Shown in pieces: positions 9,569 through 19,285 of a stretch of DNA of 64,000 nt. This stretch comes from a virus (taxonomy: Duplodnaviria > Caudoviricetes): the IMG/VR virus record IMGVR_UViG_3300029288_005873, positions 192,001 through 256,000 of that record; one strand, 5' to 3'. The stretch's first letter is position 1, and each line of letters starts with the position of its first letter. The position numbers and the translations under genes were made by a program. The notes under the pieces were generated by a model. The model did no database searches, had not been told where the DNA came from, and saw only the letters and a program-made list of their open reading frames with translations.

Positions 9569-9979
9569 TCAAGGTTCGCACTTGGGGCAGTATCGATACA
9601 TCAAACCCATTCCAGGGTCTTTAAGCTGGCAGCCGCAGGCTGCGCATGTTGCTCTCCCGTCCGTGTTCAAAAACTTTAAGTCTTTGGTTATACCAGATTT
9701 GCTGACCTGGAGGAAAAGCGACGGCGCATTGAACATATTATCCGCCATTTTCCAATATGCCCCAGAGACTTCTTTGATGGCTATGCCAGCAAGATATTGA
9801 AGCTTTGGTTCCAAAACAACCAAGATACTTCCCTTATCTTCCTCGTGCTCTTTTATATTCTTTACAGCAAAGGTTCCTTCGTGATTGAATAGATACCTTA
9901 GCTCGGGCGCATATTCTTCTTTCGCTTTTGCCTCAGGATTCACAACAACACTATCCCCGACTTTGGGAATGTAGTTCAT
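9569..9979 (-). CDS. C-terminal Zn-ribbon (CPKCEP) family protein, copy 3
   Basis: YIPKVGDSVVVNP N-terminus; conserved C-terminus. Confidence 0.75.
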   Translation of the reverse strand: MNYIPKVGDSVVVNPEAKAKEEYAPELRYLFNHEGTFAVKNIKEHEEDKGSILVVLEPKLQYLAGIAIKEVSGAYWKMADNMFNAPSLFLQVSKSGITKDLKFLNTDGRATCAACGCQLKDPGMGLMYRYCPKCEP

Positions 9980-10014
9980 GTTATTCTCCCCATAGGATCC
10001 CAGAACCCATCATT

Positions 10015-10410
10015 CTATGGTTCACATTTTGGACAGTAACGATACATCAAACCCATTCCGGGGTCCTTAAGCTGGCAGCCGCAGGCTGCGCATACCGTCC
10101 GCCCATCCGTGTTCAGGGATTTCAAGTTCTTGTTGGAACTTGATTTTTCGCCAGCAGAAAAAAGAAAGAGCGAGGGAGGATTAGACATATGTCTTGCGGC
10201 ATTCCAATAAGCACCGGTATTGCGACATATGGATATGCCTCTACCATTCTCCAAGACCACAACAATATGACCAGGATTATGTGTATGGTCATGTACCTCA
10301 ACAACAGTCTCATTTTTAATGACTCCTGGAGATGGTCTATACTCCCAATCTAAAGCTTCAGCTGCCGGATTTATGTCCACCACATCCCCAACCTTTGGAA
10401 TGTATGCCAT
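10015..10410 (-). CDS. C-terminal Zn-ribbon (CPKCEP) family protein, copy 4
   Basis: Start re-assigned to MAYIPKVGD; conserved C-terminus. Confidence 0.75.
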   Translation of the reverse strand: MAYIPKVGDVVDINPAAEALDWEYRPSPGVIKNETVVEVHDHTHNPGHIVVVLENGRGISICRNTGAYWNAARHMSNPPSLFLFSAGEKSSSNKNLKSLNTDGRTVCAACGCQLKDPGMGLMYRYCPKCEP

Positions 10411-10424
10411 GATTTTTTCTCCCA

Positions 10425-10982
10425 CTATGGCTCGCACTTTGGGCAATGCTGATATTTTGGACCGAGACCGATAGGGATCTTCAGCGGACCACCGCATTTG
10501 GCGCAGATCGTTGCGCCAAGTTTTGTGTTAGAATCCCTGAGCTCAACAGGACTCAGACCATCGGTCGAAAATACATCTACGCTTTCCAGAAAACGAGGAT
10601 CAAATAGATTGTCGCGCGCCTCTACCTCTCGCTCTGCCATAGCAATAGCACAAGGAAGTTCTTCTTTTGTATACAACCCAGCGTACTTTGCCCACAAAGA
10701 ATTGTGAAACAAAGTACCTTGTACCGTCCATATTGCTGAAATCTTGTGGCTTTTTGCCAATGGGGATAATGGAGCAGGAACTACTTGAACTCGTTCTCCT
10801 GGATTTAGAATCGGCCATAGCCAGATTTTTGGAATATGTAACGGATGATTGTTTGTCAGATCCCACAAGCCCTCGAGAAATACCGTATCATCCCATATCT
10901 CAGTTACCAGATATGGACGAACAGGAGGATGCCCTATCATTGATGCATTCACTAATACTTCCATACCTTTTTGCAGTATCAT
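10425..10982 (-). CDS. C-terminal Zn-ribbon (CPKCEP) family protein, copy 5
   Basis: Ends CAKCGGPLKIPIGLGPKYQHCPKCEP. Confidence 0.75.
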   Translation of the reverse strand: MILQKGMEVLVNASMIGHPPVRPYLVTEIWDDTVFLEGLWDLTNNHPLHIPKIWLWPILNPGERVQVVPAPLSPLAKSHKISAIWTVQGTLFHNSLWAKYAGLYTKEELPCAIAMAEREVEARDNLFDPRFLESVDVFSTDGLSPVELRDSNTKLGATICAKCGGPLKIPIGLGPKYQHCPKCEP

Positions 10983-11176
10983 CTCTTATCCTTAACTTCA
11001 GGATACTTTGCTCGCATTTCCAGTACGGCAGAAGCTCCGTATTTATTCACTAGCTCCCACATGGTCATTTCGATTTCGTTACCCTTGGGGTCCAACGTAA
11101 CGAAAGTAATGCTATTTACGACGCCAAGTCCGACGACCGTGGTGTGACGCACAAAGCGTGGAAACGTGTTCTCCAT
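10979..11176 (-). CDS. hypothetical protein
   Basis: ORF from MENTFP, GGAGG RBS, ATGA overlap. Confidence 0.55.
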   Translation of the reverse strand: MENTFPRFVRHTTVVGLGVVNSITFVTLDPKGNEIEMTMWELVNKYGASAVLEMRAKYPEVKDKR

Positions 11177-11192
11177 TGTCTTTTCCTCCCGT

Positions 11193-11762
11193 TTACTTCG
11201 AGAAGACATCTACTCCGTGCTTAACTAGCCTGTATGCTCCGACTGCTATAAGGACGGCGCCCACCGCATCGAACGCATACCCAGACTTTTCCCTGATCTC
11301 TTTCCAGTCACTGCGACCGAAAAAGCCCACGGCAAAATCCACGAACGGAGCCAACATTCCAAGGACATAAAGAACAGCACCAGACGATCTGTCCGTTTTC
11401 ACAACCCCTGTTGACATAAGGATATCTGATACAACGAAAGCTGTTGTTCCAAGCGCATATGGCGCAATGGAAATCGCCACATGCGTATTGTCACCAAGCC
11501 TTATGTTGTCAGGATAGTTGTAGTAATAGTAACCAAAATGAAACTTTCCTTCAATACTACAAGGATATGGGGCAAATTTCCCAACTTTAAGACCAGGAAC
11601 TACCGCAAAACTGGTAGTCATGTGTGCCAGTTCATGATGAAGTGTCTCGTGAAAAAACGCAACTGGCACCAAACCAAGAGCGATCCCTAGATTCTTTTTG
11701 TTCACATCTGCCATTGCGCTTGTTGAAAAGGTCAAAATGAGTACCAAAATGATCGCTTTCAT
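11193..11762 (-). CDS. putative membrane zinc metallopeptidase (M50-like)
   Basis: Signal peptide, HELAH, SIAPY, SDW and TM helices. Confidence 0.6.
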   Translation of the reverse strand: MKAIILVLILTFSTSAMADVNKKNLGIALGLVPVAFFHETLHHELAHMTTSFAVVPGLKVGKFAPYPCSIEGKFHFGYYYYNYPDNIRLGDNTHVAISIAPYALGTTAFVVSDILMSTGVVKTDRSSGAVLYVLGMLAPFVDFAVGFFGRSDWKEIREKSGYAFDAVGAVLIAVGAYRLVKHGVDVFSK

Positions 11763-11775
11763 TTATCTCCCCGCA

Positions 11776-12009
11776 TCAGCCGCGCATTAGCGCAGACCTA
11801 TTGCGAACAATGTACTCCTTCACGATTCCTGGTGTAACCACACCCATATCACATGATCTGAATAGAGCGTAATTGCTAACGCGTCTAACGACTTTTGAAG
11901 GCGAACGTATGAGGACATAGTGATCTTCCATCGCCAACATCCTTCCACCGACACGCCATTCCCAAATCGCAGTTCCTACGTGAACTTTTCTCCAAGCTTT
12001 CCAAGCCAT
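11776..12009 (-). CDS. hypothetical protein
   Basis: 77 aa ORF in gene run. Confidence 0.5.
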   Translation of the reverse strand: MAWKAWRKVHVGTAIWEWRVGGRMLAMEDHYVLIRSPSKVVRRVSNYALFRSCDMGVVTPGIVKEYIVRNRSALMRG

Positions 12010-12029
12010 CTTTCTCTCTTTTCTTTGGT

Positions 12030-12512
12030 TTACAGATCCTTGATCATCTTCCTCAGGATCAGTTCAACAACTACATCGCGATTTGCTCCTAATGGAATAT
12101 TCACATCACTTGTTCGAGCATATCCTAAAACACCCTCAAGTGTCGGATAATAACTATCAAGTGCTCTCTTGATAGTTTTACGACGCACATCTTCTACATT
12201 TGTGGTGGGCTTAGAAACAGGAAGTACAGGATTTGGCAATGAGCAGATAGCACTAGGAGTGATATTCTCAAGCTTAGGCTGATGCTTCATATCTTCCTTG
12301 CGCGCCCGCTCAATTGCTAGAGACAGCTCATACATGTGCCGTCGGTGATTAAACTCCAGCTGAAGTGTTTCCAGGCAGTGGTTTTCAAACCGACCAATCC
12401 AATTCATATGTTGGATACTAGGAAGTTCCTCCGCTTCTCTCTCAGCTGCCTCACGAGAAAGACCGTCCCCGCGCGCAAGTGTGTACTGTAACCAATTCAT
12501 CGAAGCCTCCAA
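12030..12512 (-). CDS. hypothetical protein
   Basis: 160 aa ORF in gene run. Confidence 0.6.
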   Translation of the reverse strand: MEASMNWLQYTLARGDGLSREAAEREAEELPSIQHMNWIGRFENHCLETLQLEFNHRRHMYELSLAIERARKEDMKHQPKLENITPSAICSLPNPVLPVSKPTTNVEDVRRKTIKRALDSYYPTLEGVLGYARTSDVNIPLGANRDVVVELILRKMIKDL

Positions 12513-12521
12513 GACGGTCTA

Positions 12522-12713
12522 TCACATCGCTTTGACTAGCTTGGCTAGCAGAAGAATGATCGAGACCGCCACCATGAGGCTCCCCGCAACCCCAGGAAGC
12601 CAAATAGCAAAGATCAGCGAACCAAAGTTCAGCTCTCCGTTACTCAGCTGCCGCCACATGAAGAAAGCTGACATCAAAATCAGCAGAACACCACACAGCA
12701 TGATTCCGATCAT
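12522..12713 (-). CDS. small membrane protein
   Basis: Two TM helices, GAGGAG RBS. Confidence 0.6.
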   Translation of the reverse strand: MIGIMLCGVLLILMSAFFMWRQLSNGELNFGSLIFAIWLPGVAGSLMVAVSIILLLAKLVKAM

Positions 12714-12776
12714 CTTTTCCTCCTCAGAAGCCTTCGGTACACAACTCCGCTAGGCATTGTTTTTACAGCACAACCC

Positions 12777-13094
12777 CTATTCGCAATTCGCAAACTTCTT
12801 ACGCAGCTTTTGGTAAAGAACCCATTCGGGATCTTTCTCCCTGTTCATCCGGATTGTTTCATTCTTTACCGCATCTGGGATTTCCTTCTTCCACCCCATT
12901 ATGAACCAGTTGAGTCTGTCGATCTCCTGAATTGCCCAAAGCCCATCACCACAGTGCCTACAATCATCGATACCGTCCATAACCGCCCTATCATACATGC
13001 TTAGTATGGCGGCACTCGTTTCAGTTGGTAAACATCCTGTGTCCTCCAGTGGATGCATTTTGTGCCAACATTCCAATGCTGCTTTGTTGTCCAT
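12777..13094 (-). CDS. hypothetical protein
   Basis: 105 aa ORF. Confidence 0.55.
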   Translation of the reverse strand: MDNKAALECWHKMHPLEDTGCLPTETSAAILSMYDRAVMDGIDDCRHCGDGLWAIQEIDRLNWFIMGWKKEIPDAVKNETIRMNREKDPEWVLYQKLRKKFANCE

Positions 13095-13097
13095 TTT

Positions 13098-13484
13098 TCA
13101 TCCTTTTCGGCGTCCCAATTTCCTACAATGTAGGACTTGTGTCCATTCACCGTATTGTACTCCATGCCACCTATGACCATCAGGTCCATCAAACCATACG
13201 TCGTACCTACGTCCTGCGATATTATGCCTGCCGATTTTAGGTTTCGAGCAGGCAAACCTTAGCGTACCTGGCCAATTGGATACAAACCAAGAACCTTTCT
13301 TCCGCTCCGTTAGATAAAGCGAGAGCTTATCTCCTGTTTCAGAAACAACCATCTTGTGCCGATCCAAGATGGCACAGCAATCATAGCATACTCGACTGCC
13401 GTTATGATACTCGGCATATCCAGTACCGCTAGATTTACTTTCTGGTTTTTCCTTGTCACAGATGGAACAATGAAACGTCGTCAC
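13098..13484 (-). CDS. phage hypothetical protein with Cys pairs
   Basis: CSIC/CYDC; SNWPG..RYDVWF.GPDG..WHG. Confidence 0.6.
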   Translation of the reverse strand: MTTFHCSICDKEKPESKSSGTGYAEYHNGSRVCYDCCAILDRHKMVVSETGDKLSLYLTERKKGSWFVSNWPGTLRFACSKPKIGRHNIAGRRYDVWFDGPDGHRWHGVQYGEWTQVLHCRKLGRRKG

Positions 13485-13491
13485 GGCTCAC

Positions 13492-13752
13492 CTATAGCGT
13501 GATTGTGAAGCGACCGACGGACTTGTTGACCTCAGAACGAGACACCTTAGCTCCGCACTTACGAGCAAGGCGCAGTGCCGCCTTGGCATCGTGGCTGATC
13601 CTGGCAACATCAGTGGTTGACGTGCCGTCTTCGCCCATGACCTTCACCATCTGCTTTTTGCTCCACCCGAGCATCTTGGCGAGACCTGATGCCGTGAACT
13701 CCTCGCCCTTGTGGTTGGAAACAAACGCTCTCATCTGCTGGATTCTACTCAT
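13492..13752 (-). CDS. possible HTH DNA-binding protein
   Basis: Start MSRIQQ after AAGGAG; FTASGLAKMLGWSK. Confidence 0.5.
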   Translation of the reverse strand: MSRIQQMRAFVSNHKGEEFTASGLAKMLGWSKKQMVKVMGEDGTSTTDVARISHDAKAALRLARKCGAKVSRSEVNKSVGRFTITL

Positions 13753-13948
13753 GTTTTTCTCCTTTATTTCTTGAGCATAAGCCCAAGAAGCAGTGTTGGA
13801 ATCGGTCCCATGACTACTGCCAGCGCCTTTTGCCACAATGGTGCGCCATTTGGATGACAGGCGTTAACCATCATAGCACTTAGAAAACCACATCCAATCC
13901 AAACTACAGAAACCACACAAGCTACAATTACTGTGATCATTGTTTCTC

Positions 13949-14526
13949 TCAGATCTTAGTCAACTTGTACTTGACTCCTTCGATCTCGACCACTTTCCCT
14001 TCGCAGGTGGACGGCCCTTGACCGTTTTCTTCGTACTTCCAGTCATCCACAATGGGATTGTTCCCTTCCCACCTAATCTCAGCTTCTTTTCCAAATTCCG
14101 AGATCACCACTTCGTAGAATAGGATTATCCCTTCAGCCCAAAGCTTATTGCTTTCGGCATAAAGTTTTTCACCCTCAGCGAAGAATCTGCGACCTTCAGC
14201 ACAAAGCTTGTCACACTCAGCACGAACTTTGTCGCCCTCAGCAAGAAAGCCGCTGCCTTCGGCACAAAGTTTATTGCCTTCAGCAAAAAGCTTACACCTT
14301 TCGACACGAAAGTCTCCACCTTGTTCACGAAGCTTGCGACCTTTAGCCCATAACTTATCGCCTTCGGTGTAGAGCCTTTCTTTTTCGATAGTTAGTTTAT
14401 TACCCTCATTACAGAGCCTAATGCCTTCGGCACGAAGTTTGTCACCTTCGACACGAATTTTTTTTCGCCTTCGGTGTAAAGTCTACACCGTTCATTATAG
14501 GCATTTTGGATCTTTTGGTTGTACAT
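13949..14526 (-). pseudogene. heptad (EGxKLxA) repeat protein, frameshifted at an A8 tract; paralog of 37768..38184
   Basis: Starts MYNQKIQNAYN; after one added base continues through 21-bp repeats to TCEGKVVEIEGVKYKLTKI*; not in the ORF track. Confidence 0.8.
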
Positions 14527-14527
14527 T

Positions 14528-14980
14528 TTATTCCTCAGGAACTTTGACTTTTACCAGCTCGGAACGAGCACATGCAATGGCATTCGCCACTTCTTTCTCG
14601 ATAAACGTCTCGTCGTACCGCGCAGAAAACTCTTTACGGTATGACTCCGTCCCGTCCTCAGCAGCTTTCCGATCCCGCATTGTTCCAACCACGCTTTTGA
14701 GAACCACCATACATTTGTCTAGGTACTCGACCGCATCCTCAAGCATGAAATACTCAGCAGTCAGCATCTCTTTCCGAGTTGGTTTGTCTGAGAATGGCCA
14801 ACAAGGCGCATACTCAGGATGTTTCTTTTCACATTCCCTGGCGCAGATGGGACAAGGGTGTTCCCAAAAACCGTTTTCATCCAGTTCCCCACTACCAAAT
14901 GTCAGACCATCATGGATCCCAGTGGACACACTACAATTCGGATTACCACAATGTGGCATTTTCCGTTCCTTGTTTTCCAT
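14528..14980 (-). CDS. hypothetical protein with Cys-rich N-terminal domain
   Basis: Start MENKERK after AGGAG; CSVSTGIHDGLTFGSG..CPIC. Confidence 0.6.
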   Translation of the reverse strand: MENKERKMPHCGNPNCSVSTGIHDGLTFGSGELDENGFWEHPCPICARECEKKHPEYAPCWPFSDKPTRKEMLTAEYFMLEDAVEYLDKCMVVLKSVVGTMRDRKAAEDGTESYRKEFSARYDETFIEKEVANAIACARSELVKVKVPEE

Positions 14981-15286
14981 GCCTATCTCCTGTGTTTGCC
15001 AGGATTGGGATTTCCCCAAGGACGGATCCCTTCTCCTGGACTTTTTTACTACACTAAGGTCCGCCGTCATTCGAACCCAACACGGCAATCAATACGGAGA
15101 CACCCTTGTCTAGACCGTGTTCCAGATAAGGGTCGCCCGTCGCTGCGGACGGATCACATTCCATCATGGCAAAGGTTGTGCTCGAGAGCCTTGACTCAAT
15201 GCCTAGTTTGTCTCTCCATCACTGACCGACCTTGGGTATCAGTCGCAGCCAGCCAACACACCCCTGTTGGCTAGGATTAGAATTAG

Positions 15287-15605
15287 TGAGCCCAGCAGGA
15301 TTCGAACCTGCGACCAACTGGTTAACCTGCCACACTTGCTTTCACAAGCCAACTTTTCGGAGTTGTTGTGGTCTGGACCATATCTTCACCCTCAACATTA
15401 CTTGGTCGGGTGTTCTGCTCATGGCCTCTGAGGACTCCCAAAATATTCTGGGTTGCCTGCGGATTATCCAATCTTTAACATTTTTACTCATAGTGAGTAG
15501 TTAAAGCTCTAAGGACGTTCCCGCATATCGCAGAATTCATTTCATATATTACTATATGAACGCTCCAATCGAAGCCAGTTGCTCTGCCAACTGAGCTATG
15601 GGCCC
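15287..15605 (-). tRNA. tRNA-Lys(UUU), intron-containing (exons 15572-15605 and 15287-15325)
   Basis: GGGCCCA..ACTGG-CTT^TTAA-CCAGT..GCAGG-TTCGAAT-CCTGC-TGGGCTC-A. Confidence 0.93.
15326..15571 (-). ncRNA. group I intron in tRNA-Lys anticodon (34/35)
   Basis: P1 GCUU^C/GGAGC with U.G at the splice site, R CUCAGAGGCCA, S AAGAUAUGGUCC, terminal G. Confidence 0.9.
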
Positions 15606-16019
15606 GAATGCGACAGCACAGACAAGCTGTAACTGTCGCCCGCAAGAGTCAGGAAGGCTCCGATCTTGCCGTCACACTTGCCATCAAGAACATCATGTGT
15701 TCTTGTGCCTCCTGGATCGTGTGACCTTTCCGGAACTTATTTATAGTCGGCTTTCGGAGAGAACACTGGCAAACTTCACGCCCCTAACCGACTGATCCAC
15801 ATTTCGGAAAACTGAACTTGCGACACAACATTGTGCGGGATTCTCTTAGCCTTTCTCTACGGACCTCGTCGCCATCCGCATCTCAGCTTTTCGAGAACGA
15901 TGTTCATTTCTTCATGGAGAACTCTCGCCTCGGAATAGCTTCGACACTTCTTCGCTTCTCTCAAGAGTTTATGTGCGTAATCCGCCCACTTACTCATTAG
16001 CCTTTGTCCTCCCCGTGTT

Positions 16020-16253
16020 TTAACCGTTACGGACTTCTTTCACTCGACGAATGAACTCTTCTACGTCGTCTTTGTGAATACGAATACTATGGTAGTCACC
16101 TTCAATACCCCATAGAAATCGAAGCCCCTTACCTAGAAAAGGATCGTTATCGGGGTAGAGGTAATGACTAGCATATTGACACTGCATACCTAGTTGCTGT
16201 CTGGCAACATCCCCGAAATTAACATATTCATCCTTCATGTTTGCGGTATCCAT
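16020..16253 (-). CDS. hypothetical protein
   Basis: 77 aa ORF, GGAG RBS. Confidence 0.6.
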   Translation of the reverse strand: MDTANMKDEYVNFGDVARQQLGMQCQYASHYLYPDNDPFLGKGLRFLWGIEGDYHSIRIHKDDVEEFIRRVKEVRNG

Positions 16254-16286
16254 GGTTCACTCCCTGTATCAAAATGGGGGGATCGT

Positions 16287-16601
16287 CTACTCCACCACTT
16301 CGATCACATTGAACCTTCCGATCCTGATGTAGACGTCAGGGGGTCTCTTCAACTTTTCCGCATTGTCAAACCAAACCCCTTTGCCTGTCTCGCTGAGCCC
16401 ATTTGACCAAACCGTTGGCCAAGAGAACAGCTCGGTTGCCCTTTTCAGTTTTTCGTAGAACCAAGAATATTCTGGAGCCAGCTCTCCGTGTGCGCTGATT
16501 GCCTTGATAACATCAGCCTTCGACGGCAAGTCGTTGAAGTAAAAAGAATCGTCAACATTGCTGCTGTCCAGTACCATGTGGATACGAAAAACATGTTTCA
16601 T
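16287..16601 (-). CDS. hypothetical protein
   Basis: 104 aa ORF. Confidence 0.6.
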   Translation of the reverse strand: MKHVFRIHMVLDSSNVDDSFYFNDLPSKADVIKAISAHGELAPEYSWFYEKLKRATELFSWPTVWSNGLSETGKGVWFDNAEKLKRPPDVYIRIGRFNVIEVVE

Positions 16602-16623
16602 TTCTCTATCTTCTTATGGGTTT

Positions 16624-16650
16624 TGGTGCTCCTAGCCGGATTCGAACCCA
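16624..16650 (-). pseudogene. 3' fragment of a tRNA gene
   Basis: GGTTCGAATCCGGCTAGGAGCACCA with no 5' half, next to an HNH gene. Confidence 0.6.
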
Positions 16651-16738
16651 CAGAATAGATTTATTATCCATTTCTATCAATAAATTCACATAAGATCGTA
16701 AGCATACTTTATCCAACAGGGGATCGAAAGGAGCAACA

Positions 16739-17524
16739 ATGAGAAATCTAGACAAGAAACCGAAGTGGTATCTACCACAGTTGCCCTTACTTGTAAAAGA
16801 AAGTTATAATCTATCACAAGTAATAGACAAATTGGGTTTCTCTAAGTCCGGAGATATGTATAAAACAATTCAACAATACATATCCCAACTAAATATTGAC
16901 ACTTCTCATTGGAGACGTTTTTACCATAGTCATCGCCATGTTCCAAATCCGTGTGATAAAGAAGTATTTATTCTTAACAGCGATTGGTCTAACCGTTTCA
17001 TAAGATTAAGAATTATTAAAAAAGGCATTATGCCATATTTATGTGCTCAATGCGGCATCTCAACTTGGAACGGTTCAAACCTTTCACTTCAGCTTGATCA
17101 CATTAATGGAAACAATCGCGACAACCGTCTAGAAAATCTTCGTCTACTCTGCCCAAATTGTCATTCGCAAACAGAAAATTGGGGCAAGAAACGAAAAACA
17201 AACAAAGAATCACCAATGTCTCTTTTGGTTCCGTTATCCGACGAACCAAAAAATCTGTTCTGCCTGGACTGCGGCTCAAAAGTATCTCCTGGTTCCTTTA
17301 GATGTTTGGATTGTTCGAACAAATACAACCAATTAACTAAGCCGTCACCTACAAAAATCGTCTGGCCGCCTTTGGACGAACTTGTTGTTATGGTGGAGAA
17401 ATCGTCCTATTTAGCTGTAGGAAAACAACTAGGAGTTAGCGACAACTGTGTTCGTAAACATATCAAAAAAAGACTAGGGACTTTGCCTGAAACAAAGTTC
17501 TCACACAGTAATGTCTCTAACTGA
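16739..17524 (+). CDS. HNH homing endonuclease
   Basis: CAQC..LQLDHINGNNRDNRLENLRLLCPNCHSQT, second Zn finger, C-terminal HTH; AT-rich, opposite strand. Confidence 0.92.
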   Translation: MRNLDKKPKWYLPQLPLLVKESYNLSQVIDKLGFSKSGDMYKTIQQYISQLNIDTSHWRRFYHSHRHVPNPCDKEVFILNSDWSNRFIRLRIIKKGIMPYLCAQCGISTWNGSNLSLQLDHINGNNRDNRLENLRLLCPNCHSQTENWGKKRKTNKESPMSLLVPLSDEPKNLFCLDCGSKVSPGSFRCLDCSNKYNQLTKPSPTKIVWPPLDELVVMVEKSSYLAVGKQLGVSDNCVRKHIKKRLGTLPETKFSHSNVSN

Positions 17525-17532
17525 CTAATTCT

Positions 17533-17799
17533 TTATATTACGTTGTACAGCATCGCATGAATCTCATCCCCCAACCTTCCCCCAAGGCAAGGTATAGTTC
17601 CACGATCAGCACCATCTGATTCTGTGGCGTCCAAAACATTCCATGCCACATGTTCAGGAACTTCAACCTTCATGGGGAAACTACCATCAGGGTCTTCAAT
17701 ACAATCCAGAAGCAGTTGCGCGGAGTCGTACCTCCCAGCAATCCACCTGAGAGAATCCAACTCCCCTTCATTCTCTACGGTGAATCGGTATCGGTACAT
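17533..17799 (-). CDS. hypothetical protein
   Basis: 88 aa ORF, GGAGG RBS. Confidence 0.6.
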   Translation of the reverse strand: MYRYRFTVENEGELDSLRWIAGRYDSAQLLLDCIEDPDGSFPMKVEVPEHVAWNVLDATESDGADRGTIPCLGGRLGDEIHAMLYNVI

Positions 17800-17993
17800 G
17801 TCCCCTCCATTGCCGTTGCAGCAGCAACCAGCTCATCTTCCATCTTACCGATCTCATTGAAGATTTCGACGTACGACGAAGCTTCGACCTCATGCTCCTC
17901 GATCGTATTTCCATCGACGCCGACAACCTGAAGGGTTCGACCATCGCACACGATCTCCACACCAAGAGACGGAACTGGGCGCTTGAGAACCAT
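17775..17993 (-). CDS. hypothetical protein
   Basis: Start MVLKRP after GGAGG, just downstream of the conserved promoter-like motif. Confidence 0.55.
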   Translation of the reverse strand: MVLKRPVPSLGVEIVCDGRTLQVVGVDGNTIEEHEVEASSYVEIFNEIGKMEDELVAAATAMEGTCTDTDSP

Positions 17994-18033
17994 GACATCC
18001 TCCGCCGACCAAAAGGTCGATTGTCCACAGGAA

Positions 18034-18064
18034 AAAACATCCGCGGAATTTTTTCGCTGCAAAA
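18034..18064 (-). promoter_or_regulatory. conserved 31-bp promoter-like motif, copy 1
   Basis: TTTTGCAGCGAAAAAATTCCGCGGATGTTTT; near-identical at 45296 and 49426. Confidence 0.65.
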
Positions 18065-18071
18065 GATCTTT

Positions 18072-18656
18072 TCAAGCTCCTGGTCGCTCCTCTGGTTCAA
18101 TTCTACGCGAAACCTGCTCCCATGAGCGTTCTAGAGCCGTATGCCGATGTCCGATGAATACGGGATCTCGACCGCATGCATCAGATAGACTGCGAATTAG
18201 GCACCAGAACTCCACATCAAACGATGGTGGGGTCCAAGGTGACGACAAGCATACAAAAACGTCGTGGAACGCCGCCCCCTTAAGCTCATCGTCAGAGCAG
18301 TCATACGACTTTACACGCGAGGGAAGGAATGTGCGCCACGAACCACAGCACAGTCCAAACCATGATTCGTTATCCGTGTGGGAATCTTTATGGATAATGC
18401 CCAACATCCTCTCTGGTTCGACAATCGAGAGAATGTCAGCATGGCATTCCGCAACCCAGAGACGCGCCTCCGATCCACTTGGTTTGAGCTTGAGTAGCAA
18501 CTCAAGTCGTCTGCTCCAATTTGGATTAAGATGTCTTTCCGATCCTCGGGACATTTTATTATGTGGATGTGAACACCATCCACAGCATCCATGTTGACCA
18601 ACAGAACAGTCCCCAGTGACCCAGTCCCAATCTATCGACAGAAGGACGGACGACAT
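18072..18656 (-). CDS. arginase-fold / UPF0489-like metal-dependent hydrolase
   Basis: LSIDWDW, ECH, DSHTD, CLSSPWTPP motifs. Confidence 0.55.
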   Translation of the reverse strand: MSSVLLSIDWDWVTGDCSVGQHGCCGWCSHPHNKMSRGSERHLNPNWSRRLELLLKLKPSGSEARLWVAECHADILSIVEPERMLGIIHKDSHTDNESWFGLCCGSWRTFLPSRVKSYDCSDDELKGAAFHDVFVCLSSPWTPPSFDVEFWCLIRSLSDACGRDPVFIGHRHTALERSWEQVSRRIEPEERPGA

Positions 18657-18665
18657 GTTGATCTC

Positions 18666-19285
18666 CTATTTCACGATTACCGCATACATGCGGTCCCACA
18701 CCTGCTCCAAGAGGGGGATTCTTTCCTCAGACCATGTGCTTGCCAGAATTACACGAGGGAGTTCGTAGGTCTCCTTCATAGCCATTGTTATTACTTCTCC
18801 GAGCGCATTTCCTCCGCTGACGATATCGTCGATTACTGCATATGGAGTGCTGACGAAGAAGCCTCCGCAATGCTTCCTTGGTTTATAGCCGTCTTTTGGC
18901 ACAAAAGCCTTCCGAACATAGGGATACCGCAAAAGCCATCTGCGCGCCACTGAGGACCTGTCCGCATACGGACTTTATACCAATGGTCTGCAGCCAATCG
19001 GCAACCGCCATATACGCAGAAATCCTTCCAGATCCAGCCATCCTAGGCACCCCGAGATTACGGTCCCAGCAGTAGCTCTTTCTGTAGCCGTCCTGTCCAT
19101 ATGCTGGGACAATGTTGACCTTGCCATCATCCCAGGACCAGGATGTGCCGTTCTCATCGTTTACTTTCCTGAGTTTTTTTGCCGCTGCGTCCAATGATTA
19201 AGTTGTCATCAATATCCGCAACGGATCTCGTGACTTCCGCAACTGCGAGGTCGGCAAACACACAACCATCTCTCACAATCATCAT
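18666..19285 (-). pseudogene. phosphoribosyltransferase-like gene split by two frameshifts
   Basis: GQVLSGAQMAFAVS and VIDDIVSGG in different frames; shifts at A7 tract (19174-19180) and near 18920. Confidence 0.5.

Noticed and set aside
2702-10530. Diversity-generating retroelement TR/VR pairs in the CPKCEP repeats
   Set aside because: Differences are mostly synonymous and not adenine-specific; no reverse transcriptase in the window
15060-15090. tRNA at GGGTTCGAAT
   Set aside because: No T stem, acceptor stem or cloverleaf can be built
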